Shown: positions 9,748 to 17,660 of the stretch, piece by piece
How the letters are laid out: each line of letters starts with the position of its first letter
Position numbering within the stretch: position 1 is the stretch's first letter
Source: an uncultured Acidiferrobacterales bacterium
GTDB lineage: Bacteria; Pseudomonadota; Gammaproteobacteria; Acidiferrobacterales; UBA6901
Reading direction: 5' to 3'
DNA length: 48,349 nt
Assembly: GCA_964368085.1 (NCBI GenBank)
Contig: CAYJBG010000004.1
Span: forward strand, 1 to 48,349
Notes under the pieces: model-generated
The model's input: only the letters and a program-made list of their open reading frames with translations
What the model was told of the DNA's origin: nothing
Databases searched by the model: none
Program-made: the position numbers and the translations under genes

Positions 9748-11577
9748 TCAATACAGATACACCGCGCCGGCTTGGACGGCAGTGTTGTCGTTCTGATCGC
9801 CGTTGATGCCGGTGGCGTTGCTGGCTTCGGTAAAAGCCCCCACTGCCAGGGTGTTGCCGTCGTTATTTAAGGCAAGAGACCAGCCGAAGAAATCGTTCGC
9901 TCCCGTGTTCGAGGCCTTCACATAGGCCTGCTGGTTCCAGGTGGAACCGCTGCGGGTGAACACATACACCGCGCCGGCAAAGGCGGAGTTGTTAACCGTT
10001 TGATCGCCGTCAATCCCGGTGGCGTTGCTGGCTTCGCCAATAGCCCCCACCGCCAGGGTGTTGCCGTCATTGCTTAAGGCAAGTGAGGCGCCAAAGTTAT
10101 CATCCGCCCCCGTATTGGAAGCCTTCACATAGGCCTGTTGGCTCCAGGTAGAGCCGCTGCGGGTGAACACATAGGCCGCGCCGGCACTTGAGGCGGCGTT
10201 ATTAGCCTGATCGCCGTCGATCCCGACGGCGTTGCTGGCTTCTTGAGTAGCCCCCACCGCCAAGGTATTGCCGTCACTGCTTAAGGCGACGGAGGTGCCG
10301 AAGTTATCATTCGCGTCCGTGTTGGAAGCCTTCACGTAAGCCTGTTGGCTCCAGGTGGAGCCGCTGCGGACGAAGACATAGACGGCGCCCGCACGGAAGG
10401 CGGCATTATTCGTCTGATCGCCGTCAATGCCGGTGGTGGTGCTGGCCTCGAACATCGCCCCCACCGCCAGGGTGTTGCCGTCATCGCTTAAGGCCAGGGA
10501 GTTGCCGAATAAGTCATTCGCATTCGTGTTGGAAGCCTTCACATAGGCCTGCTGGCTCCAGGTGGAACCACTGCGGGTGAACACATAGACCGCGCCGGCG
10601 CTCACGGCTGTATTAATAGTCTGATCGCCGTCGATCCCCACGGCGTTGCTGGCTTCGCCAATAGCCCCCACCGCTAGAGTGTTACCGTCATTATTTAAGG
10701 CAAGAGACCAGCCGAAGGAATCACCATTCCCCGTGTTCGAGGCCTTCACATAGGCCTGCTGGCTCCAGGTGGAGCCGCTGCGGGTGAACACATAGACCGC
10801 GCCGGCCGCTACGACGGTATCGTTAGTTTGATCACCGTCGATCCCCGTTGCGTTGCTGGCTTCGGCGCGGGCCCCCACTGCCAGGGTGTTGCCGTCGTCG
10901 CTTAAGGCGAGGGCAATGCCGAATTCGTCACCCCCGTCGGTATTCGAGGCCTTCACATAGGCCTGTTGGCTCCAGGTGGAGCCGCTGCGGGTGAACACAT
11001 ACACCGCGCCGGCAGTGCCGAGCGAGTTGTTATTCGTCTGATCGCCGTCAATGCCTACGGCGTCGCTGGCTTCGTTAGGAGCCCCCACCGCCAGAGTGTT
11101 GCCGTCACTGCTTAAGGCGATAGACCCGCCGAAACGGTCAGCCGCTCCTGTGTTCGAGGCCTTGAAGTAGCCGATGGCCTGAAGCACCGCCCCGGCCGTG
11201 TTGACTTCGTTGGAGTCGGCGCTACAGCCGACGCTATTGCAGGCTTGTACCAGGTAACGGGCATTGGCCCAGTCGTGGCGAAGCACGGACACATCGCGGG
11301 TGGCGTTAATGGCCGTTATATTCCCTCCGACTTGGGTAAAGCCCGAGACCCCGTCGGGATTTTCGAAAAGCCGGTAGTAGCTGGCGCCGCTTACCGCGTT
11401 CCAACTGAACTGCAGTTGTTTCACGCCGAAGCCGATCAAGAGCGCCGGCGCCGAGGAAGGGGCGCTCGTGGGGGCGCTCCCCCCGCCTCCGCCTCCCCCA
11501 CCCCCGCAGGCGGTAAGAAAAAGCATCGACAGCAGTACCAGGAACCCTGTTTTGATGTTTACGGTATTTATGTTCAT
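9748..11577 (-). CDS. FG-GAP/integrin-alpha-like beta-propeller surface lipoprotein
   Basis: Lipobox LTAC plus poly-Gly; FN3-like segment; seven KASNT-x3-D-x-FG-x2-ALS-x-DGNTLAVGA...AGAVYVF repeats. Confidence 0.85.
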   Translation of the reverse strand: MNINTVNIKTGFLVLLSMLFLTACGGGGGGGGGSAPTSAPSSAPALLIGFGVKQLQFSWNAVSGASYYRLFENPDGVSGFTQVGGNITAINATRDVSVLRHDWANARYLVQACNSVGCSADSNEVNTAGAVLQAIGYFKASNTGAADRFGGSIALSSDGNTLAVGAPNEASDAVGIDGDQTNNNSLGTAGAVYVFTRSGSTWSQQAYVKASNTDGGDEFGIALALSDDGNTLAVGARAEASNATGIDGDQTNDTVVAAGAVYVFTRSGSTWSQQAYVKASNTGNGDSFGWSLALNNDGNTLAVGAIGEASNAVGIDGDQTINTAVSAGAVYVFTRSGSTWSQQAYVKASNTNANDLFGNSLALSDDGNTLAVGAMFEASTTTGIDGDQTNNAAFRAGAVYVFVRSGSTWSQQAYVKASNTDANDNFGTSVALSSDGNTLAVGATQEASNAVGIDGDQANNAASSAGAAYVFTRSGSTWSQQAYVKASNTGADDNFGASLALSNDGNTLAVGAIGEASNATGIDGDQTVNNSAFAGAVYVFTRSGSTWNQQAYVKASNTGANDFFGWSLALNNDGNTLAVGAFTEASNATGINGDQNDNTAVQAGAVYLY

Positions 11578-11790
11578 AAAAATTCCTCTCGTTTTCGTTT
11601 GTCTTTGCCGGCATTTGCGGCCTGCGGTCCCTGCTCGCGAGCTACAGCCGGTTCTGCGCCATCGCCACGCGGTTGTATATCAAGGGTGGTATGGAGCGAG
11701 GCCCCGCTGACGGCGAGACCTCGCTCCTGATCGTCACTCGTACCGATGAAGCTATTCAACAACCTCCCCTATCTGTAAGCAGTGCCCCGA

Positions 11791-12129
11791 TTACTGCACG
11801 ACCCGCGGCTGAACGGGAGCGACTGGTGAACTCTCGCCGGCAAGCGGCGGTCTCTGGACGGTCGTGTCTCCCCTGCAATTCACGAAGTCAGTCTTGCCTT
11901 TGTCCTTGCAAGTCTTGCCTGACATCGCAACGCAGTTGGCCGCATTCGGAGGCTGTGTCGACGGGGTTACGGCGATGGGCGTATTACCGCAGGTACACTC
12001 ACAGTACTCCTGCATCGTGGGCAATTTGCGAGCGGCCATCGCCGAGCTGGAGCCCCAGACGACGAAGCCCAAACCGATCAGAAGACCGATATTTTTGAGA
12101 AGCGTTGATGAAATCGAAGCTTGACGCAT
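11791..12129 (-). CDS. Small secreted Cys-rich protein
   Basis: Strong RBS (AAAGGAG), signal-peptide-like N-terminus ending AMA-A, six Cys (CxCxC...C...C...C), co-oriented with its neighbours. Confidence 0.65.
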   Translation of the reverse strand: MRQASISSTLLKNIGLLIGLGFVVWGSSSAMAARKLPTMQEYCECTCGNTPIAVTPSTQPPNAANCVAMSGKTCKDKGKTDFVNCRGDTTVQRPPLAGESSPVAPVQPRVVQ

Positions 12130-12266
12130 TGCATTCTCCTTTCTGTTAATGAATGTGGCGCTATTGTTGCTAAATCGAGACTGTCTCTCCTCATCCGCAG
12201 CCTGAACTTTGTCCGATGCGACCAGCGTGTCCGGTGCAAAACGGCGCCGGCTGCTGCTGATCCAAT

Positions 12267-13079
12267 TTAAAAACTGTAGTTAGTGGAACCTGCCATGGTG
12301 CCGCCGGCAAAAGGCGTAATGGTTCCGCCGACCGTGTTGTCCAGGAACAGGGTTGTGCCGCCGAAATCAATCGCGTTCAGGATCCCAATTTTCATGTTGA
12401 CAATCCGATTTCCAACGACGGTGTTCTTGCCGGAGGCCAGAACGGCGATGCCTCTTGATCCGGTCGAACCCACGATTGCGTTGCTGACGACATTTCGCTC
12501 CACCACTACGCCGGCGCCGCCTATTCTGATGCCGACAACTTCGTTGGGCGTTACACCGACGCCGGTTTCCACCACCTCGTTGTCGTGCACGTGCACACCG
12601 GTGCCCGCGACAAAAATCGCCCATTTCGCGCCGGCACCCGCAACGCCGCAGTTGTTGAGGAATAAGTTGTCGCGCACAACGCTGCCGTCTCCGTGCACGG
12701 AGATGCCCGCGTTGCCGTTGTCGCTTACTCGCAACTGCTCGAACAAGTGGCCGTGCGATGCCTTGCCGTCGACCCGGATGCCTGTATGAAATCCGCGTAT
12801 CGTGCCGTTACGCACGGTGAGGTTCTTGCGATCAACGGCGTAGATGCCGGTCCCCGTACCGAGGCCTTCGAGCGCATGTCCGTTCAGGTCGATCACGACG
12901 CCGTCGGCATTGACTTGGATCTGGCTGCTGATGGAACTGTTGAGGCAGTAAATCCCCGGCGCGCCGATGGTGTACCACGCACCCGTGATCGGCGTGCAAT
13001 TTGTCGTTTCCGCGTGTGCCACCGCGCTCAGGACCATCGAGAGAACGGCCAAACCGATAAATCGAGCTGTTGATTTCAT
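12267..13079 (-). CDS. Secreted right-handed parallel beta-helix protein
   Basis: RBS GGAGG, signal ending AHA, PGIYCL...VVIDLNGH...VRNGTIRGF and N/G-rich beta-helix repeats. Confidence 0.8.
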   Translation of the reverse strand: MKSTARFIGLAVLSMVLSAVAHAETTNCTPITGAWYTIGAPGIYCLNSSISSQIQVNADGVVIDLNGHALEGLGTGTGIYAVDRKNLTVRNGTIRGFHTGIRVDGKASHGHLFEQLRVSDNGNAGISVHGDGSVVRDNLFLNNCGVAGAGAKWAIFVAGTGVHVHDNEVVETGVGVTPNEVVGIRIGGAGVVVERNVVSNAIVGSTGSRGIAVLASGKNTVVGNRIVNMKIGILNAIDFGGTTLFLDNTVGGTITPFAGGTMAGSTNYSF

Positions 13080-13116
13080 GCTGGTCCTCCAATGAAAGCG
13101 AAATGTGTTTTCGACA

Positions 13117-13192
13117 GAAAATTTATAAGCCGTTGCAAGGCTTATTTCCCGGAACCGGTTCCGGTTTTGAGGGAATTTTCCGTACCCGGGCT
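13117..13192 (-). promoter_or_regulatory. Duplicated promoter copy 1: CCGGA-N6-TCCGG palindrome (13149-13164) plus -10-like TATAAA (13127-13122)
   Basis: ~75-bp near-identical direct repeat of 15311-15386; palindrome centre lies 29.5 bp from the -12 base, i.e. at -41.5. Confidence 0.7.
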
Positions 13193-13205
13193 GTTGTTCC
13201 GTGCG

Positions 13206-13358
13206 GCAGGTTGGGCCGCGCTGGCGAAACCCAACGCTTCAAGCCCATGTCCACCACGCCGGTCTCTCGCACGATCCACCATCGACATTCATCCTCCACG
13301 TCTCATTAACAGCATTGCCGTTGAGTTGTTGGGCTTCATTTCATTCAGCCCAACCTAC
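13206..13358. repeat. REPIN-like inverted pair of the GTAGGTTGGG family
   Basis: GCAGGTTGGG...CCCAAC (13206-13235) and GTTGGGCTTC...GCCCAACCTAC (13328-13358); related to 41245-41328. Confidence 0.6.
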
Positions 13359-13422
13359 GGGCTTACTATTCCAGTGCGGCGATCGATTCCGGCGAAACCA
13401 TTCATGATCGTCTCCTCTGGAA

Positions 13423-13448
13423 GAAAGCCCCGCTGACGCGGGGCTTTC
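13423..13448 (-). terminator. Probable intrinsic terminator hairpin
   Basis: GAAAGCCCCGC-TGAC-GCGGGGCTTTC just downstream of the stop at 13481; U-tract is weak. Confidence 0.55.
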
Positions 13449-13480
13449 CGTTCATGCCGTTACAGAAAGCACAATCCGGT

Positions 13481-15133
13481 TTACTGGATCGTGCCGGTAG
13501 TGGTGACGTAGAAGGGATCGGCCCCCGTAACAAAGGCCAAGCCAAGGCTGGCCAAGGCGCCGCTAACGCTGTCGATGCGGTAGGCCGAGACGCTGGTGGA
13601 GTTGAAATTCGCCACGTAGGCGAACTTGCCGGAGGGGTCGACGCTGACGGAGACGGGACCGTTCCCCGCCGCCACGGCCGCGCCGACGCTGCTGAGCGCC
13701 CCGGTGGTGGCGTTGATGGTGTAGACCGAGACGTTGCTCGAGCCGCCATTCGCCACGTAGGCGAACTTGCCGGAGGGGTCGACGCTGACGGAGCGGGGAT
13801 TGGTCCCCGCCGCAAACGGGCTGCCCGCCACGGCGGTCAAGGCCCCGGTGGTGGCGTTGATGGTGTAGGCCGAGACGCTGGCGGAGCCGTTATTCGCCAC
13901 ATAGGCGAACTTCGGCGTATAGACGACCGCCGCCGTGCCCCGGGTCATGGCCATCGCGATATTGCCGTTGCGGCCCGCGACCGTGGGCAGCGGCGTCAAG
14001 GCCCCGGTGGTGGCGTCGATGGCAAAAGTCGAAACGTTGTCGGAATTCACGTTGGCCACGTAGACGAACTTGCCCGAGGCATCGACGCTGACGGCGGCGG
14101 GGTTGGTCCCCGCCGTAAAGTTCGCGCCGTTGCATCCCGCGCCACCGCCGCAATCGATCTGCGTGAACGCCCCCACAGTCCCCACGTTGGCGGCGTCTAT
14201 GGTGTAGGCCGAGACGTCGCTGGAGACGTTATTCGCCACATAGACGAACTTGCCCGAAGGGTCGATGGCGACGGAGATGGGGCCGTCCCCGGCCCCCCCG
14301 ATGGCGGAGCCAGGCGAGAAGGCGCCGGTGGCGGCATTGATGTGCTGGGCCATTACGAAATCGTCGCCGTTACGCGCGATGAGGATCACCCTACCAGTCG
14401 GATCGAAGGTAATGGAGCGAGGCGCGGCGCCAGCCCCCATCGCAAACGGACTGCCCGCCGCGGGAGTCAGGGCGCCGGTGGCGGCGTCGATGGCATAGAC
14501 CGAGATGCTGTTGCCTCCCACTCCGTCAAAGCCGTTCGCGACGTAGGCAAACTTGCCCGCCGGGTCGACGGTGACGGCGCGGGGACCGCTCCCCGCCGGG
14601 AAGTTCTGAATACCGGCCAGAGCGCCGTCGGCATCAATCCGGGTCAGGGCCCCGGTGGTGGCGATGATGGCGTAGGCTGAGACGCTGTTACCGCCTGCCC
14701 CGTTAAAGCTATTCGCCACGTAGACAAACTTGCCGGTGGGGTCGACGGTGATGGAGACAGGATCCGTGCCGGCCGCCACGGCCGGGCCGACGCTCGTCAA
14801 AGCGCCGGTGCTGGCGTTGATATTGTAGGTCGAGACGTTGTTGGAGCCGTTATTCGCCACGTAGGCGAACTTGCCCGATGGGTCGACGGCGACGGAGCCG
14901 GGATTCGTTCCGGCTGCGATATAACCGTTGTGCCGCAACTGGCCGGTGGCGGCGTTCACCGTATAGATCGAGACAGTGTTGTCGTTGAAATTGGCCGTAT
15001 ACGCGAAGCGCGGCACGTTGTTGGGTGGGGGCGATGCGGCGCCACCTCCACCACCCCCGCCCCCGCCGCAAGCGGCAAGCGCGGCCAGAACGAACAGGGC
15101 GACAACACCGGTTAACGTGCGTTTGCTGGTCAT
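13481..15133 (-). CDS. Lactonase-family multi-blade beta-propeller surface lipoprotein
   Basis: RBS AGGAG, lipobox LAAC plus poly-Gly/Pro; about ten P-x-SV-x-VDPSGKFAYVAN...VS-x-Y-x-I-x3-TGALT repeats; start taken at MTSKR. Confidence 0.85.
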   Translation of the reverse strand: MTSKRTLTGVVALFVLAALAACGGGGGGGGGAASPPPNNVPRFAYTANFNDNTVSIYTVNAATGQLRHNGYIAAGTNPGSVAVDPSGKFAYVANNGSNNVSTYNINASTGALTSVGPAVAAGTDPVSITVDPTGKFVYVANSFNGAGGNSVSAYAIIATTGALTRIDADGALAGIQNFPAGSGPRAVTVDPAGKFAYVANGFDGVGGNSISVYAIDAATGALTPAAGSPFAMGAGAAPRSITFDPTGRVILIARNGDDFVMAQHINAATGAFSPGSAIGGAGDGPISVAIDPSGKFVYVANNVSSDVSAYTIDAANVGTVGAFTQIDCGGGAGCNGANFTAGTNPAAVSVDASGKFVYVANVNSDNVSTFAIDATTGALTPLPTVAGRNGNIAMAMTRGTAAVVYTPKFAYVANNGSASVSAYTINATTGALTAVAGSPFAAGTNPRSVSVDPSGKFAYVANGGSSNVSVYTINATTGALSSVGAAVAAGNGPVSVSVDPSGKFAYVANFNSTSVSAYRIDSVSGALASLGLAFVTGADPFYVTTTGTIQ

Positions 15134-15310
15134 GGTTTCTCTCCTGTTATCGGTCACTGTGCAATAGACATTCATGAAAAATTTCTCTCGTTTGTTTAAC
15201 CGTTCACGGTTTCGTGCCGGGCGCTCGTATCATTCAGCCCAAGCTACGGGCTATCTCTGTCCTGTTTGCCTATTCCATGTCGCAGCAACGAAGACGATGC
15301 CGCACCCATT

Positions 15311-15386
15311 GGAAATTTATATACGGGTGCAAGGCTTATTTCCCGGAACCGGTTCCGGTTTTGAGAGAATTTTCCGTGTCCGGACT
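15311..15386 (-). promoter_or_regulatory. Duplicated promoter copy 2: CCGGA-N6-TCCGG (15343-15358) plus TATAAA (15321-15316), overlapping the 3' end of crp paralogue 2
   Basis: Same sequence and spacing as 13117-13192. Confidence 0.7.
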
Positions 15387-16040
15387 CTCGTTCGGCCCCG
15401 GCGGTTGCGGCGGAACGCCCATCACCACGATGCTTTTGCCATGCACCTGGATCAGCCCCTGTTCTTCGAGGTTGCGCAACACCCGGCCGACCATCTTGGG
15501 GGAGCAGTTGACCAGCCGCCCCAGTTCCTCGCGGGTCATGCGCACCAACGTGCCGTCGGGATGCGAAACCGATTGGGAATCACGCGCCAGATCGAGCAAG
15601 GCGCGGGCGATGCGCCCGGTGACATCGAGGAACGCCAGATGACCGAGCTTTTCGCTGGTGGCGCGCAAGCGTTCGACGATCTGCATGGTGAGCTGCAACA
15701 GCAACTCGGGTTGCTCGCGGATGAACTGCTTGAGCCGGCCATAACCGATCGCGGCGATTTCGCAGTCGGTACGAACGCGCACGTAGGCACTGCGTTTGGC
15801 GTTAATGCCGAAGAACCCCAGCTCACCGAAGAATTCCCCGGGCCCGAGGTACGACAGAATCAGCTCATGGCCGTCCTGGTCTTCCATCAGCACCACCACC
15901 GACCCCTTCAAGATGAAAAACAACTCAGTGGGCGTCTCGCCCTCGTTCACAATCCTGCTCTTGGCTGTGTAATGCCTGCGCGTGGCCGCGGCCAGCAGGG
16001 TTTCGATCTCGGCGGTATAGAGTTTGCGCGCTAATGTCAT
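15336..16040 (-). CDS. Crp/Vfr-family transcriptional regulator (paralogue 2, altered recognition helix)
   Basis: RBS GGAGG; FFGELGFF...RSA, RLRATSEK...LAFLDVTGRIA, HTH TREELGRLVNCSPKMVGRVL. Confidence 0.92.
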   Translation of the reverse strand: MTLARKLYTAEIETLLAAATRRHYTAKSRIVNEGETPTELFFILKGSVVVLMEDQDGHELILSYLGPGEFFGELGFFGINAKRSAYVRVRTDCEIAAIGYGRLKQFIREQPELLLQLTMQIVERLRATSEKLGHLAFLDVTGRIARALLDLARDSQSVSHPDGTLVRMTREELGRLVNCSPKMVGRVLRNLEEQGLIQVHGKSIVVMGVPPQPPGPNESPDTENSLKTGTGSGK

Positions 16041-16084
16041 TGCTTTGCCCTCCTTCAGACCTCACGAGTAAATTGGCTTCACAT

Positions 16085-16294
16085 TCACTTCTCTGGGTCG
16101 TTGCGGCGTCTGCCGGTCACGGATTCCGGCAACACAGAATCTGAGATTGCGTGCGGCGGATCGTTACCGGCCAGCACGGCCCATAGCTCTTCGACGCTGT
16201 GGAAGGACGACTGCTGGTTGCTGGCCGTTTGCTCAATGAGCCCCACGATCCGGGTTCCCTCGCGGCGGTAGATGCGCAGCACGTAACTTTCCAT
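16085..16294 (-). CDS. Small hypothetical protein (SYVLRIYR...G-x2-E...F-x-S-x-EELW type)
   Basis: ATG start, compact beta-beta-beta-alpha-like pattern, 45 bp upstream of crp2 and co-oriented with it. Confidence 0.65.
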   Translation of the reverse strand: MESYVLRIYRREGTRIVGLIEQTASNQQSSFHSVEELWAVLAGNDPPHAISDSVLPESVTGRRRNDPEK

Positions 16295-16300
16295 ACAGCA

Positions 16301-16336
16301 AAGTTACCGCTGGCAATTCACGGATTGTTCACGGAT
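16301..16336 (-). promoter_or_regulatory. SARP/OmpR-type direct repeat plus -10 element
   Basis: Minus strand ATCCGTGAA-CA-ATCCGTGAA-TT-GCCAGCGG-TAACTT-N6-ATG; 11-bp periodicity. Confidence 0.6.
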
Positions 16337-16418
16337 CGCGGGGGCGGGGAGAAAAATTCAGGGAATGGGCGGGAAAAACCCAGGGATGGGGTTGTTTTAA
16401 TGGTTCTGTCCCATGTCG

Positions 16419-16508
16419 GTCGGGCTGAAGGCCGACCTGCAACAGCCGATATCGTTCCTTTTCCATCCACTGGAACCGATGGGTTTCGCTCCGCTCTACC
16501 CATCCTGC
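16419..16508. repeat. Two degenerate REPs
   Basis: GTCGGGCTGAAGGCCGAC-CTGC (16419-16440) and GATGGGTTTCGCTCCGCTCTACCCATC-CTGC (16478-16508). Confidence 0.5.
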
Positions 16509-16532
16509 GCGAGCTAAAATGACAAGTTGGGC

Positions 16533-16560
16533 TTGCGACTTATACCTGTTAAGGTATAAC
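16533..16560 (+). promoter_or_regulatory. TA promoter with operator palindrome
   Basis: TTGCGA...TATAAC overlapped by TTATACCT-GTTA-AGGTATAA (16540-16559); GTG start 6 nt after the -10. Confidence 0.65.
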
Positions 16561-16566
16561 CAAGGC

Positions 16567-16947
16567 GTGACGAATCACCAAGAGAAGCCCCTCGCCTGGG
16601 TGGGAAGCAGCAAAAGGGACTTGATGGCGCTGCCGGTGAGCGTTCGCAAGTTCTTCGGTCATGCCTTGGATTTTGTGCAGCGCGGCGAACAACACGATGC
16701 AGCGAAGGTTCTTAAAGGCTTCGGCAGCGCGGGCGTCTTGGAGATCGTCTAGGATGACCCCGGTGGGACTTACCGGGCTGTTTATACGGTCAAGTTCAAA
16801 GAAGCGGTTTTCGTGTTGCATGTATTCCAGAAAAAGAGCAAGCGCGGCAGCGCGACACCCAAGCCAGACATGAACATCATCCGCGAACGCCTGAAGGTCG
16901 CGGAGCAAGTTGCCCAGGAGATGCGTGATGAAAAAGCGAAAAATTAA
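16567..16947 (+). pseudogene. RelE/HigB (Gp49-like) toxin with an in-frame amber stop
   Basis: KPLAWVGSSKRDL...LKGFGSAGVLEIV*DD-x2-GTYRAVYTVKF-x2-AVFVLHVFQKKSK; TAG at 16750-16752 and the same frame continues to TAA at 16947. Confidence 0.85.
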
Positions 16948-17263
16948 AGGTATCGAAATCGAGATGAGCTCCGGCAATGTCTTTGCCGACCTGCGCTTAC
17001 CGGACGCCGATAAACTGAAAATAAAATCCGGCCTCGTGATTGAAATCACCAAGGCCGTGCGCCGACTGGGTTTGTCGCAAGAGGAAGCGGGGCGCCGTAT
17101 GGGCCTGCCTCAACCCAAAGTCTCCGGCCTGTTCCGTGGCGAGTTTACGAACGTCTCTGAGCGCAAGTTGATGGAATGTTTGAACCGGCTGGGATACGAC
17201 GTTGAGATCAAGGTTAAACCAACCGCCAGGCGCATGGGGCATTTGAGGCTGGCCGTCGCGTGA
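16928..17263 (+). CDS. HigA-like XRE-family antitoxin
   Basis: SSGNVFADL-x-LPDA, LSQEEA...GLPQPKVS, LGYDVEI; overlaps the toxin stop. Confidence 0.88.
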   Translation: MKKRKIKGIEIEMSSGNVFADLRLPDADKLKIKSGLVIEITKAVRRLGLSQEEAGRRMGLPQPKVSGLFRGEFTNVSERKLMECLNRLGYDVEIKVKPTARRMGHLRLAVA

Positions 17264-17421
17264 TTTTAATGGCCGTCACCGTCTCGAATGTCGAAGGGCG
17301 CCATCCTTGCCACACTCTCCACCTTCGTGTGATTCTATCCCGATGTATTGACAGTAAACGCAGGGTGCGCCTGCGCACCGATTCAGTCGGCCGGGCCCGT
17401 GGTGCGTGGAACATATTTTAA

Positions 17422-17542
17422 GGAAGCTCTGAACAAGTCGTTTGCCGTCATTGCGAGCGAAGCGAAGCAATCTCCTAATCAATGGGCTGGAGATTGCTTC
17501 GTCGCCTTCGGCTCCTCGCAATGACACTTAATCAGAGGTTCC
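17422..17542. mobile_element. MITE-like element, copy 2
   Basis: GGAAGCTCTGA...GTCATTGCGAGCGAAGCGAAGCAATCT...AGATTGCTTCGTCGCCTTCGGCTCCTCGCAATGAC...TCAGAGGTTCC; flanks TTAA and CTAA. Confidence 0.7.
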
Positions 17543-17574
17543 CTAACGAACTACAAATTTATTCGCTGAGATTT

Positions 17575-17619
17575 GTAGGTCAGGCTTCGCCCGACATGTC
17601 GGCCTGAAGGCCGACCTAC
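17575..17619. repeat. REP doublet (GTAG family)
   Basis: GTAG-GTCAGGCTTCGCCCGAC-AT-GTCGGCCTGAAGGCCGAC-CTAC. Confidence 0.75.
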
Positions 17620-17660
17620 AGCACCCGATGTCGCGCGGCGATAAGTTCCGACGGGGCCGC

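Noticed and set aside
13133-13152. Sigma-54 promoter suggested by TTGCA
   Set aside because: GG-to-GC spacing is 11 nt rather than the required 10.
6148-15133. Diversity-generating retroelement acting on the repeat proteins
   Set aside because: No reverse transcriptase and no template/variable repeat pair with adenine-specific differences was seen.
16750-16752. Programmed amber readthrough or pyrrolysine in the toxin
   Set aside because: A single G->T change from a Glu codon explains it, and other genes here use TAG as a normal stop.
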